The position numbers and the translations under genes were made by a program. This document shows, piece after piece, positions 21,235 to 32,719 of a DNA stretch of 33,768 nucleotides. Under the pieces are notes generated by a model. That model was not told the DNA's origin. It saw only the letters and a program-made list of their open reading frames with translations, and ran no database searches. The stretch is from Octopus bimaculoides. Lineage: Eukaryota. The first letter of the stretch is position 1, and every line of letters begins with the position of its first letter. The DNA is taken from NCBI RefSeq assembly GCF_001194135.2, contig NC_068991.1, positions 17,718,069-17,751,836 on the forward strand. The letters are read 5' to 3'.

Positions 21235-21930
21235 TTACTTAATACTACTTGTCACAGCCTCCTTCATCTTCTCAATGTCTTCAAAATGACTTCTTTTGAG
21301 GTTCTCCATCAGCTTTAGGAACAACCAAAAGTCACAGAGAGCAAGGTCTGGACTGTCGGGAGAGTGAGGGACAGTTTTGATGCCCATCTCTGTCAAGTTG
21401 TTGGTTACTAGAATACTTGTCACTGAGCACCCAGGGAACAAACTTCGTACAAATTTTGCGCCTGTTCAGATCTTCGTGTATAATTCTGTGTATAGTTGCC
21501 AAATGGGAGGCGCAATGGCCCAGTGGTTAGGGCAGCGGATTCGCAGTCATAGGATCGCGGTTTCGATTCCCAGACCGGGCGTTGAGAGTGTTTATTGAGC
21601 GAAAACACCTAAAAGCTCCACGAGGCTCCGGCAGGGGATGGTGGCGAACCCTGCTGTACTATTTCACCACAACTTTCTCTCACTCTTACTTCCTGTTTCT
21701 GTTGTGCCTGTAATTCAAAGGGTCAGCCTTGTCACACTGTGTCATGCTGAATATCCCCGAGAACTACGTTAAGGGTATACGTGTCTGTGGAGTGCTCAGC
21801 CACTTGCACGTTAATTTCACGAGCAGGCTGTTCCGTTGATCGGATCAACTGGAACCCTTGACGTCGTAAGCGACGGAGTGCCAACAACAACAGTTGCCAA
21901 ATCAACTCCAAACTTATTGTCTTTATACAC
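21235..21930 (-). mobile_element. Internally deleted mariner remnant interrupted by a SINE
   Basis: After removing the SINE, minus strand reads FGVDLATIHRIIHEDLNRRKICTKFVPWVLSD joined directly to SILVTNNLTEMGIKTVPHSPDSPDLALCDFWLFLKL. Confidence 0.85.
21505..21891 (+). mobile_element. Full-length tRNA-derived SINE, family C, with (CAA)n tail
   Basis: A box TGGCCCAGTGG, B box GTTTCGATTCC, CAACAACAAC tail, exact 11-bp TSD AGTTGCCAAAT (21494-21504 and 21892-21902). Confidence 0.93.
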
Positions 21931-22102
21931 ACACAAGTCTTCATCTAGAAAATTGCAAGAACTACGTCACTAAATGTACCCAAGGGTCAGGTGGGGTGTT
22001 AGATTAGGTTTATCGACCAAAAATAGTTACTGTCACTATCACGAGCTTCCACACTTTCCATTTATCGAAATTTACTCATGGATCTTGGGTTGATTCGAAA
22101 CT

Positions 22103-22190
22103 ACGGCAGAAAACACTTGTCCAAGGTGTCACACACAGTAGGGTTGAATTTGAAACCATGTAGTGGCGAAGCGAACTTCTTCACCACGGC
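22103..22190 (-). mobile_element. Degenerate SINE family B head
   Basis: ACACTTGTCCAAGGTGTCACAC...GAAACCATGTAGTGGCGAAGCGAACTTC. Confidence 0.65.
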
Positions 22191-22446
22191 ACCCGTTGGA
22201 AGAAGAAATTGGAGAGAACAAGAGAAACATAAAAACAGAGATATAAAAAGTGGAAAGAAATGAAAGAGATGGAAAGGGAAAAAGAAAGTGGAGAAGATAA
22301 AAGTTAGAGAAATGAAGAGAAGAGAAAAGACGAGAGAGAGAGAGAGATACACACTCACACACAGATGATTCGAAAGAGAAGGAAAACAGAAATGTTGGAG
22401 GGAGGGGGAGAAGAGGAAGAGGAAAAGAGAAAATAAGAAGAGATAA

Positions 22447-22447
<1 letters not shown>

Positions 22448-22485
<38 letters not shown>
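22448..22485. repeat. (AAAG)n microsatellite
   Basis: Direct observation. Confidence 0.97.
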
Positions 22486-22488
<3 letters not shown>

Positions 22489-23041
22489 TTCAGAGAAAAA
22501 GAGGAAACATTAGAGAAGGAAGAATGAGGAGACGAAGCTTCAGGTCGGAAGTAGAGGAAGAGGTCGAAGACGGTTAATAAAAGGGAATAAATTCGAAAAG
22601 AGGGAGAAAGACGAAAAGAGAACGAGAACGAGGAAGAAATGAACATATAGGAAAATAAACTTCAGAAGAAAGAGAAAGAGAGAATGAGATATGAAACAGA
22701 AGAAGGAAGAAAAGTAGGAGAGGAAGGAAAAGAAAAACTAAAAGTGTGTAAGGGTGAGAAAGTGAAAGGCTATAAATCAATAAAATGAAATGAAAATAAA
22801 CAGCCATGCGCCACTGGGATATCTCAGTATGATCGCGTCTCTAGTTTGATTGCTTTCTTACAGATGGTACACAATGTATTATGGAAGTTTGAGGTATGTG
22901 TAAATGCAGCTGTGGTGGATTATATCGGCATGCGAGAGTATGAATGAAGAGTTGTTAACACTGGCCACCGAAACCTAAACAAACGCAACGGCCGTAAGTG
23001 TGTGGGTGTATTTTCCTATATAACAGTTTCACGCTAATATG

Positions 23042-23078
<37 letters not shown>

Positions 23079-23227
23079 TGGCGTGAAACTGTTATGAGAT
23101 TTTGCGTCTTTGAAGAGGAAAACTCAGCTGCGAATATTCCGTGTATTGCATCGTTGTCTAATTTCCTGTCCGTTTAGTTTTCGTCTGCTCTGCTTTCGTC
23201 TAATTTTTCTCCTTGTATTTTTGGCAC

Positions 23228-23391
23228 GTCAATTACATCGATCATAGTGCCCAACTTGTGTTTATTTTATTGACCTTGAAAGGATGAAAAGTAAAGTCGA
23301 CCTCGGATGAATTTGAACTCAGAATGTAGCGGCGGACGAAATGGTACTATGCAGTTGAGCCGGCGTGCTACCGATTCTGCCAGTTCGCCGC
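23228..23391 (-). mobile_element. SINE family A with intact tRNA-like head
   Basis: Minus strand shows A box TGGCAGAATCGG and B box GAGTTCAAATTC followed by the GTCGACTTTACTTTTCATCCTT core. Confidence 0.88.
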
Positions 23392-24231
23392 GTTGCTGGT
23401 TGTCAATATTGAAAGTGTATATAACGAATGTTGACAGACGTTGATAGAAGAAGCTCGGCCGACATTTATAGATGGTTCTATTTCTCTCGGAGCTGTGGCA
23501 GTTCCACTTTGTATTTGCAAAATAATTTTTTTTATTTTTTTGCAGTATAATTAGCTCTTATCAGCATGGCTTTCTGTTCAGTGAAATAACGAAGTACCCA
23601 TCAGTTTTACAGTTTTCCTACTGTTTGCAATATAGATGGGTGAATTGATGTATTGGTGACTGACAGCGCACAGCTGGTGATTAGATACAATCTGCAAGCC
23701 TTGTTACATCTGATAATGTGGTAAATATCCCGTCGACTCGTCCAGCTCCAATTCTTGCAGACGTCGCAACGAAACAAATTGCTTGAAGTTTGTAACAGAC
23801 TTCATTGGAAGGACTAAATTGTATTAGAGCGAAAATGTGGACAGACAGACAACATAGCGATCTCGGGCGGGGAGGGTGACTAGACGATAGGGAAGGGAAA
23901 TCGGGAAAGAAGTTAAGTAGGAAACAAAGGAAAAGAAGCTGACGCTGTTTGCTGGAGGAAACGTGTTTTCGTACTTGATAACCCGTCTTCCTTATCTCTG
24001 ACATAGATATATAAAGACTGAGAGATAGGGTGAGTTGAATGATGAGAGAAGGGAGATAGATTGACTTAAAGTGGAAGGAAAAGAAAGAAAGAAAGAAAGA
24101 AAGACTTGGTGAAAGGGGTTGTGGTGGAAGTGGATAAGCCAAGGAAGGGAAGAGCGAAAGTGAGAATGAAGATATTGGTAAGAGAGAGGAAAAAGTGGAA
24201 AAAAAGTGAGAGACAGGGGGAGGAAGGGAGG

Positions 24232-24276
<45 letters not shown>

Positions 24277-24997
24277 NNNNNNNNNNNNNNNNNNNNNNNN
24301 NNNNNNNNNNNNNNNNNNNNNNNNNNNNNNNNNNNNNNNNNNNNNNNNNNNNNNNNNNNNNNNNNNNNNNNNNNNNNNNNNNNNNNNNNNNNNNNNNNNN
24401 NNNNNNNNNNNNNNNNNNNNNNNNNNNNNNNNNNNNNNNNNNNNNNNNNNNNNNNNNNNNNNNNNNNNNNNNNNNNNNNNNNNNNNNNNNNNNNNNNNNN
24501 NNNNNNNNNNNNNNNNNNNNNNNNNNNNNNNNNNNNNNNNNNNNNNNNNNNNNNNNNNNNNNNNNNNNNNNNNNNNNNNNNNNNNNNNNNNNNNNNNNNN
24601 NNNNNNNNNNNNNNNNNNNNNNNNNNNNNNNNNNNNNNNNNNNNNNNNNNNNNNNNNNNNNNNNNNNNNNNNNNNNNNNNNNNNNNNNNNNNNNNNNNNN
24701 NNNNNNNNNNNNNNNNNNNNNNNNNNNNNNNNNNNNNNNNNNNNNNNNNNNNNNNNNNNNNNNNNNNNNNNNNNNNNNNNNNNNNNNNNNNNNNNNNNNN
24801 NNNNNNNNNNNNNNNNNNNNNNNNNNNNNNNNNNNNNNNNNNNNNNNNNNNNNNNNNNNNNNNNNNNNNNNNNNNNNNNNNNNNNNNNNNNNNNNNNNNN
24901 NNNNNNNNNNNNNNNNNNNNNNNNNNNNNNNNNNNNNNNNNNNNNNNNNNNNNNNNNNNNNNNNNNNNNNNNNNNNNNNNNNNNNNNNNNNNNNNNN
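24277..24997. other. Assembly gap
   Basis: N run flanked by (GA)n on both sides. Confidence 1.
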
Positions 24998-25287
24998 GAG
25001 AGAGAGATCAAAAGACAAAGACTTCCTCGTTTTAGAGACAACGCCACACGAGACTTAATGATATTTTAGAATATATTTGTGGGTACTCGTGAATTTTCCG
25101 CGAGTGATAAGTGTTAAATTACTTGCGGCAACGTATTTAAAGATTAATTGAAAAAAATACTTCTTCATCTATGCTCCTTTTTGTTTCCCTTTTATCTCAT
25201 TTGATAAACGATAAAATAATGCCTCAGCCATATACTGTATACATATGTAATGCCTCAACAATATAGTGTATGTGTGTGTGTGTGTGT

Positions 25288-25334
25288 ATACACGACGAGC
25301 TTCTTTCAGTTTTCGCCTACCAAATCCACTCACA
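25288..25334 (-). mobile_element. SINE family B internal fragment ending at its microsatellite
   Basis: ACGACGAGCTTCTTTCAGTTTTCGCCTACCAAATCCACTCACA adjacent to (TG)n. Confidence 0.75.
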
Positions 25335-25913
25335 TGTATGTATGTATTATGCATTCGTGATTGCATGTGTATATGTGAGTTATATTTCTTTGCTCATTTT
25401 TGTTTAAATTTTGCAAATTATCTAGGCCATAAATGTGTTCTACTCTTTTTTATGCATACGTCCAAGTCCCTTGGTTATTGGATACAAGGTTGGACAATTG
25501 CCGTGTTTATGGCGGCTATTTTGCCAGAAACACGTGTGCGCAACTCTTCTTTCATCTTCAACCAATGAACCGGTCCTTTTCTTTGATGGCATGTTAACTG
25601 TAAAGAAATTTCTGCATCTTGAGGTTATTTTCCCTTCTCAACTGGAACTAATCTTAATTGTCATTTGGTAAATATGGTACACACTCTTAGTGCGCAGATA
25701 GTTTTAAAAAACGAAGAATTTATGTTGTATAATATTTTATATACTTGTATTTCTATATACCTATGTTGTTCAAATACAAGCCACAAGCCACCTTGAGTTA
25801 TTTCTCTTAGCTCTCATTTTTGCTCATATATATGAGGTTAAGTCAAAACTCTTACCTCTTCGTTTCTATAATTTATTAAAACAAAGAAAGGGATTGAACA
25901 ATTCCATCGCTTT

Positions 25914-26476
25914 CGAAGGAGCGAGATCTGAACTGTATGCAGGGGGTTCCAGCTACTAGAAACCCAATTTTTCAATGGCTTCAACGGTGTGAACGGCCGT
26001 ATGTGGGCGTGCATTGTCGTGAAATAATAACACTTACTTTGACCATAGACCCTGGCGTTTGGTACGAATTGTTGATTTCAGTTTGTTGGCCAACATTTCA
26101 CTGTAACCTACACTGGTTACTGTAGACCCCTTTTCCAGACAATGTTCCAGTGTAGGCCCTTTTGCGTCCCAAAAACAGTTAACATCATATTTTTTCTGCG
26201 GAAAGTTGAGTCTTGAATTTCTCTTTTGTTAGCGGTTCCGGGTGTTTCCCCTCCATATTCTGTCCTTTGGATTCTGGTTCAAAGTGATGGACTTAGGTCT
26301 CATCTCCTGTGACTATTCTCTTCATAAAAGCTTCGCCTTCATCGTTATAGCGGTTGAGTAAGCGTTTGCAGATTTCCACAGGAATGCACTTATGCGCTTC
26401 CGTAAGCCCTTTTGTCACCCATCTCGCACAGACTTTACGGAAGCGGAGCTTGTCGTGGATGGTTCCGTATGCAGAA
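25914..26476 (-). pseudogene. Mariner transposase remnant running into an assembly gap
   Basis: Minus translation: RFRKVCARWVTK, IVTGDET*VHHFEPESK, FHDNARPHTA, PPAYSSDLAPS, with stops and frameshifts. Confidence 0.9.
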
Positions 26477-27066
26477 NNNNNNNNNNNNNNNNNNNNNNNN
26501 NNNNNNNNNNNNNNNNNNNNNNNNNNNNNNNNNNNNNNNNNNNNNNNNNNNNNNNNNNNNNNNNNNNNNNNNNNNNNNNNNNNNNNNNNNNNNNNNNNNN
26601 NNNNNNNNNNNNNNNNNNNNNNNNNNNNNNNNNNNNNNNNNNNNNNNNNNNNNNNNNNNNNNNNNNNNNNNNNNNNNNNNNNNNNNNNNNNNNNNNNNNN
26701 NNNNNNNNNNNNNNNNNNNNNNNNNNNNNNNNNNNNNNNNNNNNNNNNNNNNNNNNNNNNNNNNNNNNNNNNNNNNNNNNNNNNNNNNNNNNNNNNNNNN
26801 NNNNNNNNNNNNNNNNNNNNNNNNNNNNNNNNNNNNNNNNNNNNNNNNNNNNNNNNNNNNNNNNNNNNNNNNNNNNNNNNNNNNNNNNNNNNNNNNNNNN
26901 NNNNNNNNNNNNNNNNNNNNNNNNNNNNNNNNNNNNNNNNNNNNNNNNNNNNNNNNNNNNNNNNNNNNNNNNNNNNNNNNNNNNNNNNNNNNNNNNNNNN
27001 NNNNNNNNNNNNNNNNNNNNNNNNNNNNNNNNNNNNNNNNNNNNNNNNNNNNNNNNNNNNNNNNNN
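26477..27066. other. Assembly gap
   Basis: N run between the mariner remnant and poly-A. Short 10-N gaps also at 5573-5582, 12433-12442, 27661-27670 and 29005-29014. Confidence 1.
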
Positions 27067-27607
27067 AAAAAAAAAAAAAAAGAAAAACAATTTGAAATTG
27101 GTTTGTCACTGTCCTTTTTTACTTTCTTGTTCACTCCACCTCCCGTTTAGTTGCTCTGCTGAAATCTTGGGTCATACTCTTCAATAGTAATTTCCTATTG
27201 ATACTACATATGTTAACACGCTTTATTATAATAGCAAACACTTTGGTGCATTAGATTCTTTAGCGATCCTGCTGTGTTACATGTAAGGATAACTTCACGA
27301 AATTTCCAAATAAATGCCAAAAATGCAAATCAGCTCACTACCTCCTTCGAAGCTAAGTAACGTTTCATAATGGAAATGTATGCCGCTATTTCTCGGTAGA
27401 ATAACGAGGTTAAGCAATGCCTGATGACAATTATAGAGCTAAAAACAGGCTCACTCCGGTTACTCAAGCTAATTTTTTTAGAGAAACTCTAATCGTTCGA
27501 GCATTCAAAAACGGACATGTCGGAGAGCTGCCGTGAAGGCATTCTTTAGTCCATCATAGGCCCCACAAGTTACTATTCAACCGAATTTGAAAACAGGTAC
27601 ATAGAAA

Positions 27608-27660
<53 letters not shown>

Positions 27661-27735
27661 NNNNNNNNNNATACATACATACATACCATACCATACCATA
27701 CATACCATACCATACCATACATACATACATACATA
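27608..27735. repeat. Compound microsatellite (CA)n / (CATA)n / (TACCA)n
   Basis: Direct observation; N at 27661-27670. Confidence 0.95.
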
Positions 27736-27779
27736 TGTGTGTGTATGTGTTTGTGTGTGGTGATATTTATCTTCCACTA

Positions 27780-28115
27780 AACGTAAGTAGTGTTAGAACA
27801 CTGAATACTGCGTTATTTGCTATGAGAGGACCACTCGTATGGATTGTGGTGCATACAAGCACTCGTGTTTATATCACTGACGGGTGATAATCATCCGTTG
27901 TGGCCGCCGGAATTGCCAGATCACGTGATATCGCCCTTCCTTGGGCTTCTCAATGGCAGACTGGTGTCTTGTTTGGTGGCTTGTCCAAGATCTATACATT
28001 TGTATGCATACACATACATAGACACGTATCCTGTTGGATACAGGCAATTATAAACAGTGCGGAGGCATTTAACAGCAGGGCTGCTCGTTCATGGATAACC
28101 TGGAGCTAAACAATA
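27780..28115 (+). mobile_element. Possible old SINE
   Basis: Weak tRNA-like head GTAAGTAGTGTTAGAACACTG and tail GGAGCTAAACAATAC; strongly decayed. Confidence 0.3.
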
Positions 28116-28302
28116 CCACCTACAGAGGGAGGAATAGCAAGCACAGCTGACCCTGGAGAGACTTAAATTTCAACACATTACACAGATTAAAGAAAATACT
28201 GTAGAAAAATTATAATAAATAAAAGGTTCCTTTGAAATTTGAGAAAATCATACAATGTTATTGCCCCTTACCTCCACAACACCCCGACCTCCCCCATATA
28301 TC

Positions 28303-28304
<2 letters not shown>

Positions 28305-28354
<50 letters not shown>
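28305..28354. repeat. (TA)n microsatellite
   Basis: Direct observation. Confidence 0.98.
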
Positions 28355-28357
<3 letters not shown>

Positions 28358-28588
28358 TGTATGTATATGCGCGAATATCTAAATGCATGCATGTGTGAAT
28401 GTATCTTTGTGTGTGTGTGTGTGTTTCAAAACGCCAAGACAGCAGTGGTGATGTTTGATTGACATTATTTATTTCACATATGTGAGATAAATTTTAAAAG
28501 GATAACAGTACAAAGTGGAAAATGTAATACTGCCCTGAAATATTCTGTAAATGATAAGGTAACCAATATACGTAAGCATGTTTATGTG

Positions 28589-28619
<31 letters not shown>

Positions 28620-28622
28620 ATA

Positions 28623-28965
28623 TGTTGTTGTTGTTGGCACTCTGTCGCTTACGACGTCGAGGGTTCCAGTTGACGGAACAGCACTCCACAGACACGTGTA
28701 CCCTTAACACAGTTCTCGGGGATATTCAGCGTGACACAGTGTGACAAGGCTGGCCTTTTGAATTACAGGCACAACAGAAACAGGAAGAAAGAGTGAGAGA
28801 AAGTTGTGGTGAAAGAGTACAGCAGGGTTCGCCACCATCCCCTGCCGGAGCCTCGTGGACCTTTTAGGTCTTTTCACTCAATAAACACTCACAACGCCCG
28901 GTCTGGGAATCGAAACCGCGATCCTATGACCGCGAGTCCGCGGCCCTAACCACTGGGCCATTGCG
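28623..28965 (-). mobile_element. tRNA-derived SINE, family C, second copy in opposite orientation
   Basis: Reverse complement aligns to 21510-21891 with about 15 substitutions in the first ~270 nt (manual count) and two 3' deletions. Confidence 0.93.
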
Positions 28966-29015
28966 AAATCTCTCTGAGAGATTTAGAAATGTGTTATTTA
29001 TATANNNNNNNNNNG

Positions 29016-29046
<31 letters not shown>

Positions 29047-29528
29047 TATCTTTATATATATACATAAATATACGCATGTATTTGTGTGTATGTGTGTGTG
29101 TGTGTGTGTGTGTATACATATATCCTTACCAATGTAAATTATAAGATCTCAGTTACTTAAAACGGATTGTATGTTGGTGTATTATGGGTTCCGAGCATGA
29201 GGCTATGCGTGCGCGTTGGGCAAAATGGTAAGGAGTTAGAGTAAATAAACTCTATCTTGGAGCTTTCAGCTTTAGACTTTCAGCTTTCGTCTTTCGACAC
29301 CAATGGTACGAGGAATGCCGTTAGTTGATTTGATAGTATTGTGGTTAAGTGTCGCCTGCCAACTTCATGTTTTGCCCCGTCAAAGGCCAGTATAGCTGCT
29401 TTTCTTAATATTTATATCTGTATATAGAATATGTTATGTTGTTACATTTGTGGCAACCCAATGCCTCGAACGTTGATCTTCAAAGTAGCGGCTTTTGATT
29501 TTATCAAAAACTGTTTATACGTCTAGGT

Positions 29529-29867
29529 CAGTGGTTCTCAACCGGGGTCGACATGGCTCCTAAGGGTCAATTTAAGATTTTGGGGGGTTCACGCAACAAA
29601 GTAGTAAATTGGAGATCCACAATTGTATTTTAAGGGCCCCTGGAAAATCTTGCTTTAGATGTATGCATTGGTTAATTATTGCAAGAAACAGCTAGGTTTC
29701 TTTCTCTAACATTTCACATAGTTCAACCTACACGAGTGTGAAAGACAAAATAAGAACTTTGAAAATTCTATAAAACTAGTTTTAAACATCGGCGGATGGC
29801 CACGGGTCTACCAGAATAAAATAGTAATCAAAGGAGTCCATAGATAAAAAATGGATGAGAACCTCTG
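29529..29867. mobile_element. Non-autonomous hAT (Charlie-type) element, 339 bp
   Basis: TIRs CAGTGGTTCTCAACC and GGATGAGAACCTCTG; 8-bp TSD GTCTAGGT / GTCTAGAT matching the Charlie NTCTAGAN target. Confidence 0.88.
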
Positions 29868-29967
29868 GTCTAGATGGATGCATGGCGTCAATAGATGTGC
29901 CTCCATCGTCAATTTTCAGAACAATCAACTAGTGCGCCTACTTCCTCGACAGACGTACATGGTCGAA

Positions 29968-30020
29968 GTCCTAGGGTCAATTTGTTCGATTAAAACCCTT
30001 CAAGGCGGTGCTCTAGCATA
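29968..30020 (+). mobile_element. SINE family B 3' fragment
   Basis: AGTCCTAGGGTCAATTTGTTCGATTAAAACCCTTCAAGGCGGTGCTCTAGCAT resembles 7594-7637. Confidence 0.6.
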
Positions 30021-30095
30021 GTACAAGTATATATATATAAACATATATGTGTGTGTGTGTTTGTGTATGTATGTATGTATGTTTGTATGTATATA

Positions 30096-31362
30096 CAGGG
30101 GTTGGACAAAATAATGGAAATACCTAGCATCATAGTATCATAATTTTGAAATATCTATAAAAACCGTGAAAAGCTTGTTTATTTTTTATGTTTTTTGATT
30201 TATTATTAGTGTTGTTTAATATGTTTTGCTAAAATAGCTGTTTCTTTTCAGTTATCATCAGACAAAGGTAATTAAAATTCATTAAAATGACAGATCTATC
30301 GGACTTTCAAAGAGGTTAAATTGTTGATGCTCGTATGGCAGGCGCTAGCGTAACGAAAGCAGCCGAAATGTTTGGTGTATCAAGAAGTACTATCTCGAAA
30401 GTAATGACAACCTTTGAGAAAGAGGGAAAAACCTTCTCGTCGCAACAAAACACCGGAAGAAAACCAAAACTTTCAGATAGGGACTGTCGGATTCTTTCGC
30501 GAATTGTTAGAAATGATCACCATAGTACAGCTTTCAAAATTACTGCAGAGCTTAATGACCACCTCGAGAACCCAGTTTCCACAAAAACCAGGAGCTGCAC
30601 AAAGTCGGATTTCACGGGAGGGCTGCAATCAGAAAACCACTACTTTAAAAACAAACATTGCAAAACCTTTAGAGTGGAGTAAAAACCTACAGAATTGGTT
30701 CCTAGAGAAGTGGAAGAATGTTATTTTCTCGAACGAGTCATCCTTTACCTTATTTTCAACCACCGGCCGAGTATACGTGTGGAGACAGCCAAAAGAAGCA
30801 TTTGACCTAGACTACCTTCTTCCAACTGTTAAACATGGAGGAGGATCTGCGATGATCTGGGGAGCTATATCTTGGAAATCCGCCGTCCCAATGATTTCCC
30901 TTCATGGCTGAATTAATAGTCAAGACTATTTAAGCATTTTATCTGATCAAACTTATCTTGTGGTTGTGGAACTGTTTCCGGAGGGAAACGCAATCTTTCA
31001 GGATGATAATGCACCTATTCACACAGCTAATGTCGTTACTGAATGGCACGAGGAACATTCTAGTGGTTGAACATCTTATCTCGCCACCACAATCCCCAGA
31101 TCTCAATATTATTGAACATTTAAGGTGCATTTTAGAAAAAACAAGTAAGGAGTCGATATCCACCACCATCATCACTACAAAAACTGGAGATTGTTTTAGC
31201 CGAAGAATGGACAAAAAATTCCTTTGGAAACAATTCAAACTTTGTACGAGTCCATACTTCGTAGAATTCAAGCTGTAATTACTGCTAAAGGTGGTCCTGT
31301 ACCATATTAAAATAAATCTGTTTGAAATTTTAAGATGTTTCCATTATTTTGTCCAACCCCTG
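30096..31362 (+). mobile_element. Full-length Tc1-family DNA transposon (1267 bp), probably DD36E/Incomer-like
   Basis: Perfect 25-bp TIRs CAGGGGTTGGACAAAATAATGGAAA at both ends, TA target duplications (30094-30095, 31363-31364) and a decayed transposase inside. Confidence 0.95.
30287..31310 (+). pseudogene. Degenerate Tc1 transposase
   Basis: MTDLSDFQRG*IVDARMAGASVTKAAEMFGVSRSTISKV (HTH), GRKPKL, VIFSNES (first catalytic D to N), VKHGGGS, FQDDNAPIH, SPDLNIIE, ends KGGPVPY*. Contains stops and frameshifts. Confidence 0.92.
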
Positions 31363-31673
31363 TACATAGAGAGGGAGGAGAAACAGTCAGGTAGGAATTG
31401 TTATTAATCCAAACTAGTGAGAGATTAGAAGAAATGAAGTTGAAAATGACCAGAGAATATATTAGAATTAATTAGAATTTAATTATATGTCGAAATATAG
31501 GAATACACTTGACTGGTTTCACATTAGATTTTCAAAAATGAATACCGTATGAAGTTGTGTCGCGAATTATGTCTATTTTGGCCGTTGTTATAAAAATAGT
31601 TTGTTTTTAAAGTAAAAATGTGACTCAAACCGTTATCTGTTAACGTACAAATTGATTGGTCAACGTTCATGAT

Positions 31674-31703
31674 CATACATACATACATACATACATACAT
31701 ACA

Positions 31704-31734
<31 letters not shown>

Positions 31735-31780
31735 GTACATAAATGCATACATATACATAAATGCATACATACATACATAT
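31674..31780. repeat. (CATA)n microsatellite with degenerate extension
   Basis: Direct observation. Confidence 0.96.
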
Positions 31781-32321
31781 TTATAAGGGTGGGGTGCAAG
31801 AGTGCAGGAAGGAAGCGGAATATGAGGAAAAGAGTAAAAAGGGGGAGTAATAGAGAGGAAATGAAAAATAAAGGAGGGGAAAAGGAAGAAAATAGACCAA
31901 AGGAAAAAGAAGAGAAAGAAAGAGGAAAAGAAGCGGCAACAGGTGTTTGAAGCGTACACTTTTGAATAGCAGATAAACTATTAAAAATAATGCATGAAAA
32001 ATAAAAATAACATGATAGTTGAAAAGGCAGGGTGCTGAATAGGGGATGGGTAAAATATCAAAGTCATAAACGAAATACAGAATCTCCCCATCATTAAACT
32101 CTATAACTAGAAAAGTATCACTTTGCAAGACCCATCTATATCAGTCTATATATCTATATATGAGCAAACCTTTTTGATTTTCCTGTCACAACTTGCCTGA
32201 AAAGCCTATGTGCATACGGGCGAAACTTAGAGTATCAAGAAGCTGACTCAATCAAAATAGAATATAAATATTTCTACCCTGGAATTGGGTATTCTTTTTC
32301 CCGACAGTTAATACTAAACTT

Positions 32322-32368
32322 GTATACATACATACATACATACATACATACATACATACATACATACA
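32322..32368. repeat. (CATA)n microsatellite
   Basis: Direct observation; a further (CCAT)/(CATA)n run lies at 32639-32700. Confidence 0.96.
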
Positions 32369-32641
32369 TGATGATGGCCGTCCACTCGTGACCGAGGAAG
32401 ACCATTGCCGACCTTCAGGAACATTGTGCGCTCTAGGACTAACTTATATTTTGCATTTGCGGCTCCATTGGTGGCTAATGTGCCCTGCTCTTGACAAACA
32501 TACACGACTGCAAACATTGCAGACCAAGCTTTCGCCATTCACTATACGAGCCGTGCGCTTTCGCGCAGCTCACTTAAGTTCTTCATGCTGGATACGTGCT
32601 CTCTCAAAAGTGTCGATCCCCTCCTTAACTTGCTTCCTCCA
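32367..32641 (-). mobile_element. RTE/BovB-like LINE 3' end with C-terminal C2H2-like motif
   Basis: Minus translation WRKQVKEGIDTFERARIQHEELK*AARK...LVCNVCSRVCLSRAGHISH; short UTR ending CATCATCAT into (GTAT)n. Confidence 0.8.
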
Positions 32642-32719
32642 TCCATCCATCCATACATACATACATACATACATACATACATACACACATACATACATAT
32701 AGGTGTACGTGCGTATGTA

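Noticed and set aside
21505-21580. tRNA gene (also 28895-28965, 23320-23391, 7278-7345)
   Set aside because: A/B boxes are present but there is no proper acceptor or anticodon stem, and each continues into a SINE body and tail.
23520-23580. Strong plus-strand acceptor (T-rich TGCAG) followed by ATGGC
   Set aside because: The ORF is only MAFCSVK* and there is no nearby consensus donor.
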